The notes beneath the pieces are model-generated. The model saw only the letters and a list, made by a program, of their open reading frames with translations. It did not search any database and was not told where the DNA came from. A stretch of DNA of 64,000 nt from Candidatus Dadabacteria bacterium (lineage in GTDB: Bacteria; Desulfobacterota_D; UBA1144; Nemesobacterales; CSP1-2), in contig CAWDVW010000006.1 of assembly GCA_963805855.1 (NCBI GenBank), forward strand, positions 1 to 64,000, written 5' to 3'. Every line of letters begins with the position of its first letter. Within the stretch, counting starts at the first letter, position 1. Below are positions 31,503 through 41,326 of this stretch, in pieces. A program made the translations under genes and the position numbers.

Positions 31503-33407
31503 ATGAGATTTAGTCTTGAGCGAGTCAATGATAACTTGGCACGATACCTAGTAATTTTGTTGTTATTTTCCGTGCCGGCAAATGCACATATCATCAAAGA
31601 GGAGCCTTGGCATCCTATACCAGCAGCCTATCTTAGAGGTTTATTCTATGCAAATCTAAAACCGATTGACTGGGACTTGATTGAGAAGGATTTCATGACT
31701 GTTAACGAACCGGGGTATCAGTTTACCTCGGTTTATGAAGCCTTTAAGCCCTTAAAGGAATTTAGCGGCGAAGATTATGAATCCTTGATAAAAGATGCTA
31801 TTGCAAAGAAGGATAGGGTAGCACTTTACACAACCTCTACTCGGGCCGTTTCACAGTTGATAAGATTTCGTTTGGCTAAAGCACAAGAGAATCTTGGCAG
31901 ACCGGGCGTCGCGCTCGAGGAGTTGCATAACGCGAGGAGGATCTACAGGGCATTTGAAAACTTTCTCGAACAAGCCGATCAAAAGGCTTACGACAATATG
32001 GGAAAGGCCTGGCTGGAGATGTCAAGCAGCACGGGAAGCTCCGGTATCCTTGGAGTGGGTGGGATGGATGCCGATCCAAACAGGTTTGAAAATGCGAGGA
32101 ACGTTGTAGAGGATTATTTAATCGATAATTACGAGTCCGAAGAAAAGGCGGGCTCGAGTGAGATAATTCCTCTGCCAAAAAAGGTTATCGCTGCAAATGG
32201 CAATTTAGAGATCGCTCCTTGGTTACCTCCCGGAACCGATTTAAACGATCAGGATCCCCTGCCGCGTCTTGTACTTAATTTCGAGGAGAGGGGTCTGGAT
32301 GAAAAGGATTTATTCTTGGTTGCCTATGGTGATATGTTGTTTGACTCCCCTGAAATATTTGGAGAACCTGCAAGGAACCTGGGTATAGCTTGTTCTACCT
32401 GTCATAATCGGGGTGACATTAATAAACGGTTCCTAATTCCGGGTATAAGCCAAGAACAGGGTTCAGTGGATGTAGATGGCCACTTTTTTAATCATCGGTT
32501 TAATGATCACAGGAGCGATGCTCTTGATATACCAAGTCTAAGGGGTTTGCGCTTTACGGCTCCATACGGTAGGGACGGCAGATTCACAAGCCTCAGGGAT
32601 TTTGTACGAAACGTTATTGTGAACGAATTCAGTGGTGACGAGCCGACACCATTGATGCTAGATGCCATGGTGGCATATATGTTCGAATTCGACTGGCTTC
32701 CCTCAACTTATTTGAATCCGGACGGCACATTGAATGACAATGCATCGGTCGAATCTAAACGAGGGGAAGTAATCTTCAATACGCCCTTTAAAGGAATGGG
32801 TGGTCGAGCATGCAGTACATGCCATATACCTAGCGCTAATTTCATGGATGGTTTGAGGCACGATATTGAATCAGGGAAACCCGCCAGTCCAGGCGCTCGT
32901 GACAGTTTTTTCGATACCCCCACACTTATAAACATTAAATATACCTCTCCTTATTTTCATGACGGGTCTTTAGAATCGCTTTCGGACGTTGTGGATTGGT
33001 TTGACGAGCATCATCATCTCGGGCTTTCAAAAAAGCAGAAATCGGATTTAGCTTCATACCTTGAATCTGTCGGGACGGGAGGAGAACCATTTGAGGTATT
33101 CGACGAAAAGAACACGCGCTTTTTGATGGACTGGAAGGAACTTTCTACCTTTGTAAGCACGTTAAATACACTAATACCAGCCCAAGATAAGTTTCACACC
33201 GAGCTTCTCCTAAAAACGGTATCGAGCGATCTGAGAGTCGATGCAATTGGCTTGCAAGACCTTGGTCAGGCCCCAAAGGTGTATGCCCTGTCTGAAAAAT
33301 TAGAAGAAATACTCGATGCCGTAGAAGCAAACGATTGGAATAGTTGTACAGGACTTTGGACCGAATATCAGGAAATGGAAAAAGAGTACGGTTCTCAACT
33401 TAAGTGA
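31503..33407 (+). CDS. Secreted di-heme cytochrome c, CcP/MauG superfamily, with long N- and C-terminal helical extensions
   Basis: Signal ANA|H; two CSTCH motifs; IPSLRG, TAPYGRDGR, DTPTL..TSPYFHDGS. Confidence 0.88.
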   Translation: MRFSLERVNDNLARYLVILLLFSVPANAHIIKEEPWHPIPAAYLRGLFYANLKPIDWDLIEKDFMTVNEPGYQFTSVYEAFKPLKEFSGEDYESLIKDAIAKKDRVALYTTSTRAVSQLIRFRLAKAQENLGRPGVALEELHNARRIYRAFENFLEQADQKAYDNMGKAWLEMSSSTGSSGILGVGGMDADPNRFENARNVVEDYLIDNYESEEKAGSSEIIPLPKKVIAANGNLEIAPWLPPGTDLNDQDPLPRLVLNFEERGLDEKDLFLVAYGDMLFDSPEIFGEPARNLGIACSTCHNRGDINKRFLIPGISQEQGSVDVDGHFFNHRFNDHRSDALDIPSLRGLRFTAPYGRDGRFTSLRDFVRNVIVNEFSGDEPTPLMLDAMVAYMFEFDWLPSTYLNPDGTLNDNASVESKRGEVIFNTPFKGMGGRACSTCHIPSANFMDGLRHDIESGKPASPGARDSFFDTPTLINIKYTSPYFHDGSLESLSDVVDWFDEHHHLGLSKKQKSDLASYLESVGTGGEPFEVFDEKNTRFLMDWKELSTFVSTLNTLIPAQDKFHTELLLKTVSSDLRVDAIGLQDLGQAPKVYALSEKLEEILDAVEANDWNSCTGLWTEYQEMEKEYGSQLK

Positions 33408-33425
33408 TTAAATGGAGAGAAAGAG

Positions 33426-34319
33426 ATGAAAAGAGCGATGAAGATTTCATGGTGTTGTCTTTTATTTTTATTCGCTTTCTATTTTTGTTTCTCAAAGGCT
33501 GACGCTGTGTCTGATTTGGAAAAGGGAAAGCCCTTGGTGCTTGCGTTTATACCGCAGGAAAATCCTGAAAAACTGATTGGAGACATCAAGATTATTACTG
33601 AGTATCTTAAAAAAGAGATTGGTATACCGGTTAAGGGGTTTGTGACCCAGGATCACGCAGCGGCTGTGGAAGCCCTTAGGAACGGTGACGCAGATATATC
33701 CTTTATGGGTGGATTACCCTATGTCCTTGCTCATGACCAGATCGGGGCAGAGGTTATTCTATCCGAGTTGTACAGGGGAAGTCCCACATATCGGGGTCGG
33801 ATCTTCGTCAGAAGAGATAGCGGCATAAAAAAACTAGATGATCTTCGCGGCAAGAGCATTGCCTTTGCGGATCCCATATCCGAGTCCGGCTACATCTATC
33901 CGCTTGACGTGTTTGTGCAGGCCGGGCTTTTCAAACCCACTGATGACCCTCAGAAATTCTTCGGGACTGTGTATTTTGCGGGCGGTTATCAGCAGGCGAT
34001 TCAGGCTGTGGCGAATGGTTTGGTGGATGCAGCGGGATCCAGTCAATTTGCCGACTTGCTTTTAACTCCCAATCAACTGGAAAAGGTCACCTGGATAGCC
34101 GAGTCAAAGCCGATACCTTCTCACCTGGTCTGCGCCCGAAAGGATTTGGATGAGCGGAAAAAAGAGGCTTTTAAGAAAGCTATGTTGAAACTCAATCTGC
34201 CAGAATATAAACATCTTCTCAGGCATGTCTATAGCCCCGACGGTTACATCGAGGCTAATCACGGGGATTACGAGTCGGTTGAGGAGATGGCCAGGCTATA
34301 TGGATTCCTTAATAAATAG
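33426..34319 (+). CDS. PhnD/PtxB-like ABC substrate-binding protein with a non-canonical ligand pocket
   Basis: FIPQEN, DLRGKSIAFADPISESGY..P, AVANGLVDAA, ESKPIP; signal peptide. Confidence 0.88.
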   Translation: MKRAMKISWCCLLFLFAFYFCFSKADAVSDLEKGKPLVLAFIPQENPEKLIGDIKIITEYLKKEIGIPVKGFVTQDHAAAVEALRNGDADISFMGGLPYVLAHDQIGAEVILSELYRGSPTYRGRIFVRRDSGIKKLDDLRGKSIAFADPISESGYIYPLDVFVQAGLFKPTDDPQKFFGTVYFAGGYQQAIQAVANGLVDAAGSSQFADLLLTPNQLEKVTWIAESKPIPSHLVCARKDLDERKKEAFKKAMLKLNLPEYKHLLRHVYSPDGYIEANHGDYESVEEMARLYGFLNK

Positions 34320-34330
34320 AGGAGCTTTAG

Positions 34331-35182
34331 ATGGAAGTAATCATAAATGCAGAGGGTACAATAGAAAGTTCTCAGGATAAAAAGGCCTCAAATGCAGTTT
34401 CGATGAAGGATATAAAGGTTCGCTATACCCGAAGCGGTCCTGTAGTACTAGACATAGAGCGGCTGGATATACATAAAGGGGAGCGAGTTTCTATAATTGG
34501 TCCGAGTGGTGCGGGCAAGACGACACTTTTGCGGTTGATCAATGGTTATGTTAACCCAGAATCCGGCCACATAAAGATTTTTGAATACAATAACGATATG
34601 GGATCAATCCGACAGGGAAATCTCAGGCGCAGGATAGGCTTTATCTTTCAGCATTTTAATTTAATCGACCGCGCTACAGTTTTTGAAAACGTATTGTGGG
34701 GCAGATTGGGGATCGTTAACCCCTTTCTAAGTGTATTCGGATGGTTTCCGCAGCGGGATAAGAAAGCGGCTATGAGAGCGATAAAGGAGGTAAATCTCGA
34801 AGAACAGGCAGGTCAGCGAACCGATACCCTGAGCGGAGGGCAGTTGCAAAGGGTTGCGATCGCAAGGGTATTGGCTCAGGAGGCTGAGATCATCTTGGCA
34901 GATGAACCTGTCAGCAATCTCGATCCCTCATTGGCTGATGATATTCTTGGATTGCTTGGAGAGGTTAGTAGCAGGCATGGGGTTACGCTGATAATGAATC
35001 TTCATCAACCCGCCCTTGCACAGCACTATGCCGACCGCATCATTGGATTGAGGGAAGGAAGGATCGTCTACGATAATGAAGCAAGGTTTCTACAAGCTGT
35101 TTCCCTTCGCTCTATCTTTGACCCCGGGATAAACATATCTCAAATGTTTAGTTCAAATGTACAAGAAAAACCTTCCTATTGA
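34331..35182 (+). CDS. PhnC-like ABC ATPase
   Basis: GPSGAGKTT, IGFIFQHFNL, LSGGQLQRVAIAR, ILADEPVSNLDP, NLHQ. Confidence 0.93.
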   Translation: MEVIINAEGTIESSQDKKASNAVSMKDIKVRYTRSGPVVLDIERLDIHKGERVSIIGPSGAGKTTLLRLINGYVNPESGHIKIFEYNNDMGSIRQGNLRRRIGFIFQHFNLIDRATVFENVLWGRLGIVNPFLSVFGWFPQRDKKAAMRAIKEVNLEEQAGQRTDTLSGGQLQRVAIARVLAQEAEIILADEPVSNLDPSLADDILGLLGEVSSRHGVTLIMNLHQPALAQHYADRIIGLREGRIVYDNEARFLQAVSLRSIFDPGINISQMFSSNVQEKPSY

Positions 35183-35975
35183 AGGTGGAATCCAGGGACT
35201 GGATTATCCGCGCCCAAGACTAATCGATAGTATCTGGCGTGCAGGCGGTATATTATTCTTGGTAATTCTTATAGCCTGGGCATGGTCAGGTACGGATTTT
35301 AATGTTAAAAAGCTTCTCAGCAGTATGCCACGCATGGCGGATTTTTTCGGCCGGATGGTTCCACCCGATATGAGCGTTGCAAAAACGGTATTTGTTTCAA
35401 CTGGTGAGACGGTGCAGATAGCGTTGTTTGGAACCTTCATCAGCGCTGTAGTATCATTCTTCTTCGGCCTTCTTGCGGCAGAGAATATTTCGCCGCGCTG
35501 GGTTAGTCAACCGATCAAGTGGTTTTTGGCAGTCCTTAGGGGTATTCCAGTAATCCTGTTGGCTCTTATGTTTGTCAGTACAGTAGGGTTGGGACCCTTT
35601 CCGGGTGTGTTAGCGATAGCTTTCCATTCCACCGGCATGTTAGGCAAGTTCTATGCTGAGGCGATTGAGAACGCCAGGAGTGGGCCTCTGGAGGCCCTTG
35701 ATAGCGTCGGTGCAAACCTCTGGCAGAGGATGCGTTTCGGAATTCTGACACAGGTCGGCCCCGATCTGGCAAGAGACACTTTGTTTAGGTTTGAATTAAA
35801 CCTTCGTGAGTCGTTAGTCCTGGGGCTTGTTGGAGCAGGCGGAATTGGTTTCTATATTTTACTCTACATACGTGCATTTCAATATGAGAAGGTCGCAACG
35901 CTTACGGTTGTAGTTCTTCTGATGGTAGTTATTGTTGAGCAAATAAGCGTTGCTGTGCGGAGGAGTCTGAGATAG
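35157..35975 (+). CDS. PhnE-like ABC permease
   Basis: ETVQIA, GLGPFPGVLAI, GMLGKFYAEAIE, RFELNLRESLVLGLVGAGGIG. Confidence 0.93.
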   Translation: MYKKNLPIEGGIQGLDYPRPRLIDSIWRAGGILFLVILIAWAWSGTDFNVKKLLSSMPRMADFFGRMVPPDMSVAKTVFVSTGETVQIALFGTFISAVVSFFFGLLAAENISPRWVSQPIKWFLAVLRGIPVILLALMFVSTVGLGPFPGVLAIAFHSTGMLGKFYAEAIENARSGPLEALDSVGANLWQRMRFGILTQVGPDLARDTLFRFELNLRESLVLGLVGAGGIGFYILLYIRAFQYEKVATLTVVVLLMVVIVEQISVAVRRSLR

Positions 35976-36100
35976 CTTGAATCTTACCAATTCTCATCAG
36001 GACTCCTTTTCTGGTATTGTTATATGCTAATCTAAATATATATCTCTAATCTTAGGTTTGAGGAATGAAGTAAATTATCTTTGATCAGGTTTTTAAGTTA

Positions 36101-36718
36101 ATGATTGATGATAAAACCAAGCTTAAAAGTTACAGTTACCTCAGTAAGTTGTACGCTAGAACAGGAGCATCTGTTCTAAATCCGGTTAGGGGCGTATATA
36201 GACTGGGTCAAGAATTGGGCTTCGAAAACGGAGAGATCGACGATATTCTTAATTACATTAGTAATGAAGGTCTAGCAATCGTGTATTTAAGCGAAGAAAA
36301 GGTAACAATCACAAATAAGGGAATCGGTGCAGTAGAGGAGGCGGAGTTAAATCCGGTGGCCACTACCAAATATTTCCCGGCTATCATAGGGGTTAGGAGT
36401 TTTGGTGGATCAGATGAATCGCAGTTACCAAAAAAGTCTTATGAAGCAAGGCGTGACACTGAAATAAGGTCAATTAAATTCAAGGAATTAAAAAAATCAA
36501 CGGAGCTGATAAAAGGCTCAATGGATAAACTGCAAATGACACCGGAACTTAAATCCAAGCTAAAGGCTGAATTAATCACGATAGATGTTCAAATCTCTCA
36601 ACCTAAACCGGATGTAGATGTAATCAGAGAATGCGTAGGTTCTATCAGGAGTATTCTTGAAAATGCCACCGATAGCCTGTTAGTCAGAAGATTGATGAGC
36701 CAGTTAATGAACCTCTGA
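36101..36718 (+). CDS. Hypothetical protein, N-terminal winged-helix-like
   Basis: 205-aa ORF; LGQELGF..ILNYISNEGL..ITNKGI. Confidence 0.6.
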   Translation: MIDDKTKLKSYSYLSKLYARTGASVLNPVRGVYRLGQELGFENGEIDDILNYISNEGLAIVYLSEEKVTITNKGIGAVEEAELNPVATTKYFPAIIGVRSFGGSDESQLPKKSYEARRDTEIRSIKFKELKKSTELIKGSMDKLQMTPELKSKLKAELITIDVQISQPKPDVDVIRECVGSIRSILENATDSLLVRRLMSQLMNL

Positions 36719-36753
36719 GCTAATGAAACGTTGCCCTTTCATGCGAGTTATTA

Positions 36754-37179
36754 TTATTCACCCTTAATTATTTCTTCTACTTTAATTCTAAATACCAGAT
36801 TCTTTCCAGCAAGTGGGTGATTGTAATCAACCTCTACTTCTTTTCCGGAGATGGATATTATTGTACAGTCCCCATTTATTGTCCTGATCCTAATGCCTAC
36901 CCGCGGTTCAATCTTGTTATTTTTAAAATATTCAATCGGGATTGTTCTGATAAAGTTATCATCAATATTGCCGTAGGCTTCTGCAGGTTTGACACTAAAT
37001 GACTTTTCTTCTCCTAGTGTCATTCCCATTATGGCGCTATCAAGGCACCTTATCAATTCCCCAGTGCCAATCCTCTTTGAAATAGGTTTATCTGATTTCT
37101 GAACAGGTGTGCCATCGTCGAGCATTGTTTCACAGAAAAATTTAACTGTGTCTCCAGCTTTAACTTTTCCTTCTCCCAT
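36754..37179 (-). CDS. FKBP-type peptidyl-prolyl isomerase (SlyD-like)
   Basis: VKAGDTV, GMTLGEEK, PAEAYG, VDYNHPLAGKNLVF. Confidence 0.93.
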   Translation of the reverse strand: MGEGKVKAGDTVKFFCETMLDDGTPVQKSDKPISKRIGTGELIRCLDSAIMGMTLGEEKSFSVKPAEAYGNIDDNFIRTIPIEYFKNNKIEPRVGIRIRTINGDCTIISISGKEVEVDYNHPLAGKNLVFRIKVEEIIKGE

Positions 37180-37310
37180 TTATCACTCCAATTTCGCTTG
37201 GATGTTGATATTATGGAATCCATTGATTTTATTTTCAATACTATGAGATACAAGTAGTTTTTGTTGCTGCATATCGGTTGTCTAAAAGCAACGCGGTAAA
37301 TTTGATTGAG

Positions 37311-38192
37311 TTATACTAAATGTCTTTTCCTCCTCTGAGTCCTCGAAACTTGATAGATCCCAAATAATATCAGGATACCTCCAATTACAATTCCGATATC
37401 CAATCTTGTGCCCAGAATAATCCAATCGAATAGCAATCCGAATACAGGTACGAGCATCGACGAGAAGGTTGCCGTGTTTATGTCCATATTTTTTAATAGA
37501 TAAAACCAGATTGTGAAGTCTAAAGTAGAAGCTACGATTGCCGTGAAAAGGATTGCAAATATGGATTCCGCCGTCCACTTTATATTAAAAACGCCCTCCG
37601 TTGGAATTGCGAGCAGAGCAAGTCCTACAGAACCGATTATTAGCTGTAATCCGCTTAACATGTATGTGTTTTCGTTTACCATGCGTTTTTTTACCCAGAT
37701 GTTTGATATGGCCCATGAAATCGCCCCAATGATAATCAGCGATTCACCGAATAAAATTAATAGGTTTTGATGCACCAAGGTATCCCAACCCAGTATACAT
37801 AGAATGCCAAGGCATCCGCTGGCTATCCCTCCCCAATGGGACCGATTTAGTTCTTCTTTCAAATAATAGTGGACGAGCAGTATGGTCCAAATGGGCATGG
37901 TGTACAGGAGAACCGCTGATTTCCCGGCGGTTACGAATTTCATGCCATATAGCATTACCCCAAACATTATGGTTGTCTGGAATAATCCAACGAATACGTA
38001 GTCGGGCAATTTTTCTATTCTGGGAAAAGCTATACCCTTCATGTACAAAAATGGGATTATTGCAAGGCCCGCTATAGCACATCTCCATGTAGCAAAGGTA
38101 AAGGGCCCTGCATACTTAAGACCTATCTTCATTAACACCCAGGAGTATCCCCAGGTTAAAATAACGAATGTGAGGAGGGCGGTATTTAACAA
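37311..38192 (-). CDS. EamA/DMT-family transporter
   Basis: About 10 TM segments; WGYSW..K.GL, SAVLLYTMPIW, LVPVFG. Confidence 0.92.
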   Translation of the reverse strand: MLNTALLTFVILTWGYSWVLMKIGLKYAGPFTFATWRCAIAGLAIIPFLYMKGIAFPRIEKLPDYVFVGLFQTTIMFGVMLYGMKFVTAGKSAVLLYTMPIWTILLVHYYLKEELNRSHWGGIASGCLGILCILGWDTLVHQNLLILFGESLIIIGAISWAISNIWVKKRMVNENTYMLSGLQLIIGSVGLALLAIPTEGVFNIKWTAESIFAILFTAIVASTLDFTIWFYLLKNMDINTATFSSMLVPVFGLLFDWIILGTRLDIGIVIGGILILFGIYQVSRTQRRKRHLV

Positions 38193-38221
38193 TGGTTTCC
38201 CAATAAGAAAGGTTCTTTAAA

Positions 38222-39016
38222 TTAAGATGATGGATTCTCTTCGCCAAGAAGCTTGGATGGCGTAGGTATCCTTCTTAGATCCAGAGAAAATTTATCCACC
38301 GCATGTTTTTGTATGTGAGACATAGCCTCTTCTACCGAATCGGTTAGGAGTATCAGTTTAAGTTCATTTGCATTAATCGTTCCTTCTTCAATCATAGTTT
38401 TAAGAAATTCCATCAACGGTTCAAAGTATTCTTTCCCGATAAGCACCACGGGAAAGCTGAGTATCTTATTTGTCTGGATAAGCGTAATTGCTTCGAAGAA
38501 TTCATCCATCGTGCCTGCGCCGCCGGGTAAAACAACAAACGCGTAGGAGTACTTAAAAAGCAAAACCTTTCTTACGAAGAAATAATCAAACGTAACAAAA
38601 ACATCCAAGTATGGATTCTGCTTCTGTTCAACTGGTAGAGTAATATTGCACCCTACTGATCTTCCCCCTGCCTCCTTAGCACCCCGGTTAGCCGCTTCCA
38701 TGACTCCAGGTCCACCGCCTGTCATTACGGTGAGGCCTAATTTTGCCAGTTTATTTCCTAGATGTCGCGCCACGCTATAATAAGGATGATTTTCATCAAA
38801 GCGAGCAGAGCCAAAAACGGTTACACACGGTCCAACGAAATGAAGTTTTCGAAATCCTTTTATAAACTCGGCCATGACTCGTATAATGAACCACAACTCC
38901 TGTAATCTTGAATGGGGGCCCTCGATGAATCTACGATCCTCAAAGAATGACACGAATTTGCTTTTGTTTTCTGATTTCTCGTTCGTTTTTTCTCTGTTCA
39001 TTTGGTTCTCATGCAT
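38222..39016 (-). CDS. LOG-family nucleotide phosphoribohydrolase (start uncertain)
   Basis: VTVFGSAR, TGGGPGVMEAAN, YFFVRK, PGGAGTMDE. Confidence 0.92.
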   Translation of the reverse strand: MHENQMNREKTNEKSENKSKFVSFFEDRRFIEGPHSRLQELWFIIRVMAEFIKGFRKLHFVGPCVTVFGSARFDENHPYYSVARHLGNKLAKLGLTVMTGGGPGVMEAANRGAKEAGGRSVGCNITLPVEQKQNPYLDVFVTFDYFFVRKVLLFKYSYAFVVLPGGAGTMDEFFEAITLIQTNKILSFPVVLIGKEYFEPLMEFLKTMIEEGTINANELKLILLTDSVEEAMSHIQKHAVDKFSLDLRRIPTPSKLLGEENPSS

Positions 39017-39364
39017 TTTTTGCCTTTCCTTTCTGAATGAGATTTTGCCAACAAATTGGTTTGACAAAACAGGTCAAATGGTTATTCTATAGGCCTTTCA
39101 ATTAACCTGGCGCCCCTGGGTTATTGCTTTGGAATTCTCAACAAGGTTTATCGGTAGCGTATTTTATTTTTAATTGCCAAAGCCAGAAATTATAAATTGT
39201 ACAGTCGTAGTTCTTTGGTTTTGATAAGTAATATACAACTTTTTGTTGAAAAGCATAGGATGGATGATAAACTTATGCTCGCTTTGTACCTACGTGAGTT
39301 GTGTTTTAGCAATGTTCCTAGTAGGTCAAAGCGCTTCTACATATAACGAAGGGAGGCGCAAAAA

Positions 39365-40204
39365 ATGAAAATCATAGTCGTTATCAGTCAGACTCAGGAC
39401 ACAGAGGCGAAGATTGGTGTTGCCTCAAGCGGGGATGCTATCGACACCTCGGCCATGAAATGGATTCTAAACCCTTATGACGAATTTGCGATTGAAGAAG
39501 CCCTCAGGACAAAGGAGAAATTTGGTGGAGAGGTAATACTCGTCACTATGGGACCAGCTCGGGCTTTGGAGGCGCTTCGCACCGGACTTGCCATGGGTGC
39601 GGACAGCGCGGTGCATATAAAAGACGATAGTTTTGGATTGTCTGATAATTATGCTATTGGTAAAGTTCTAGGCAGTGAGATTAGGAAACTTGGCGAATAC
39701 GATTTGATATTGACCGGATTTAAAATTATAGATCAAGAGTCGGTACAGGTTGGAATTCATGTTGCAGAGGAGTTAGGTATACCGCATGTCGCCCTTGTAA
39801 GTAAGATAATCCAGATTGATCCGGATCAAAAGAAGGTTACATGCCAAAAGGAAATCGATGGGGGTCATGTTGTAGTTGAGGTCCCACTGCCAGCGCTTAT
39901 CACATGTCCGGATGGTATGAACGAGCCCAGGTATGCTTCACTCCCCGGGATTATGAAGGCAAAGAAGAAGCCATTGAAAGAGGTTGGCATGGATGATATC
40001 AACCTGTCTGAACTTGGTTTAACCAGGGAAGCGCTGGGAAAAGACGGGTCTCGCGTCAAGACAACTAGTATTCGTGTTCCACAGATAGAAAGGAAATTAA
40101 AGATTATAACCGGTAAAGATAATCCAACGGTCAGGGGCGATGAAGTCAGAGAGTCTGCCGACGAGCTTCTCAGGCTTCTGAGGGAAGAAGCTAAAGTGAT
40201 TTGA
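39365..40204 (+). CDS. etfB: Electron transfer flavoprotein beta subunit
   Basis: NPYDEFAIEEA, LAMGAD, NEPRYASLPGIMKAKKK. Confidence 0.96.
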   Translation: MKIIVVISQTQDTEAKIGVASSGDAIDTSAMKWILNPYDEFAIEEALRTKEKFGGEVILVTMGPARALEALRTGLAMGADSAVHIKDDSFGLSDNYAIGKVLGSEIRKLGEYDLILTGFKIIDQESVQVGIHVAEELGIPHVALVSKIIQIDPDQKKVTCQKEIDGGHVVVEVPLPALITCPDGMNEPRYASLPGIMKAKKKPLKEVGMDDINLSELGLTREALGKDGSRVKTTSIRVPQIERKLKIITGKDNPTVRGDEVRESADELLRLLREEAKVI

Positions 40205-40237
40205 TAATAGAAACTCTCACTCGATAGGAGGAAGAAA

Positions 40238-41233
40238 ATGAGCAATGGCGTTTGGGTGGTTGCAGATCTTAAATTAGATGGAACGATCAGGAAGGTCACC
40301 TTTGAGGCATTATCAGAGGCGAGGAGAAAGCTTGTTGGGAAATTGAACGGGACACTTTGCGGTGTTCTCCTCGGCTCCAGAGTCTCGGGACTTGCGCCTG
40401 AGTTAGGGAAGTACGGAGCCGAAAAGGTGTTTGTGGTCGAAAACGACATCTTAAAAGATTCGAATCCCGATGGGTACACTAAGGCACTTACAGAATTAAT
40501 TAAAAAATATGAACCAGATATTGTGATTGCGGGTAATACTAATTTTACTGAGGATTACTTTCCAAGGGTTGCTGGAAGTGTTCAGGCAGGGTTGACCATG
40601 GATGCCATTGACATCGACCTGACGGATGATCTTAGATTAAAAATCCAGCGTTATTCACACTCCAGCAAGGTGATCAGTACTCAGGAATTTCTGGATCACA
40701 AACCCATGATGACAACTGTAAGGCCAAACTCCTTCAAGCCGGAGGAAGATCCAAAGACCCCTGAGATTATAAATGAATCGATAGCAATAAATCCTGACGA
40801 AATTCCGACCCGGGTTGTTGAGATAAAAACGAAGAAGTCTGATCTTCCGGCCCTTACGGAGGCTGATAGGGTAGTCGCAGGTGGCAGGGGTCTGGGGAGC
40901 GAGGAAAACTTTAAACATATCTATGAGCTCGCTGAGGCCTTTCGTGCTGCTCCTGGGGCGACACGTGCTGCTGTCGATGCGGGTTATTGCCCTTACGATA
41001 TGCAGATTGGCCAAACAGGAAAAGCTATTTCGCCTTCCTTATACGTAGGGGTGGCAGTCTCAGGTGCGATCCAACATTTTTCGGGTATGGGCTCGTCGAA
41101 GGTGATAGTTGCGATAAATAAGGATCCGGATGCTCCGATCTTTAAGAAATGCGATTACGGAATATGTGGAGACTTGTTTGATGTGCTTCCTCCGCTTACT
41201 GAAGAAGTTAAGAAACTAATGGCGCAGGACTGA
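40238..41233 (+). CDS. etfA: Electron transfer flavoprotein alpha subunit
   Basis: VVAGGRG, GATRAAVDAG, QIGQTG, SGAIQH, AINKDPDAPIF. Confidence 0.96.
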   Translation: MSNGVWVVADLKLDGTIRKVTFEALSEARRKLVGKLNGTLCGVLLGSRVSGLAPELGKYGAEKVFVVENDILKDSNPDGYTKALTELIKKYEPDIVIAGNTNFTEDYFPRVAGSVQAGLTMDAIDIDLTDDLRLKIQRYSHSSKVISTQEFLDHKPMMTTVRPNSFKPEEDPKTPEIINESIAINPDEIPTRVVEIKTKKSDLPALTEADRVVAGGRGLGSEENFKHIYELAEAFRAAPGATRAAVDAGYCPYDMQIGQTGKAISPSLYVGVAVSGAIQHFSGMGSSKVIVAINKDPDAPIFKKCDYGICGDLFDVLPPLTEEVKKLMAQD

Positions 41234-41253
41234 GCTTTTATGATTCCGAAAAA

Positions 41254-41284
41254 TGAATCTTCCTGCGGGAAGCTACAGGGAATT
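41254..41284 (+). repeat. Short palindromic repeat, with related copies at 5808-5839 and 63642-63672
   Basis: TGAATCTTCCTGCGGGAAGCTACAGGGAATT vs TGAACAACCCTGCAGCAAGCTGCAGCGTATC. Confidence 0.45.
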
Positions 41285-41326
41285 TGAAAGTTAAAGTAAT
41301 TGATCTAACATCGTCCTTTCATTATC

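Noticed and set aside
33426-35975. Straightforward phnCDE phosphonate uptake annotation
   Set aside because: The fold family fits, but pocket residues and regulatory context do not; gene symbols withheld
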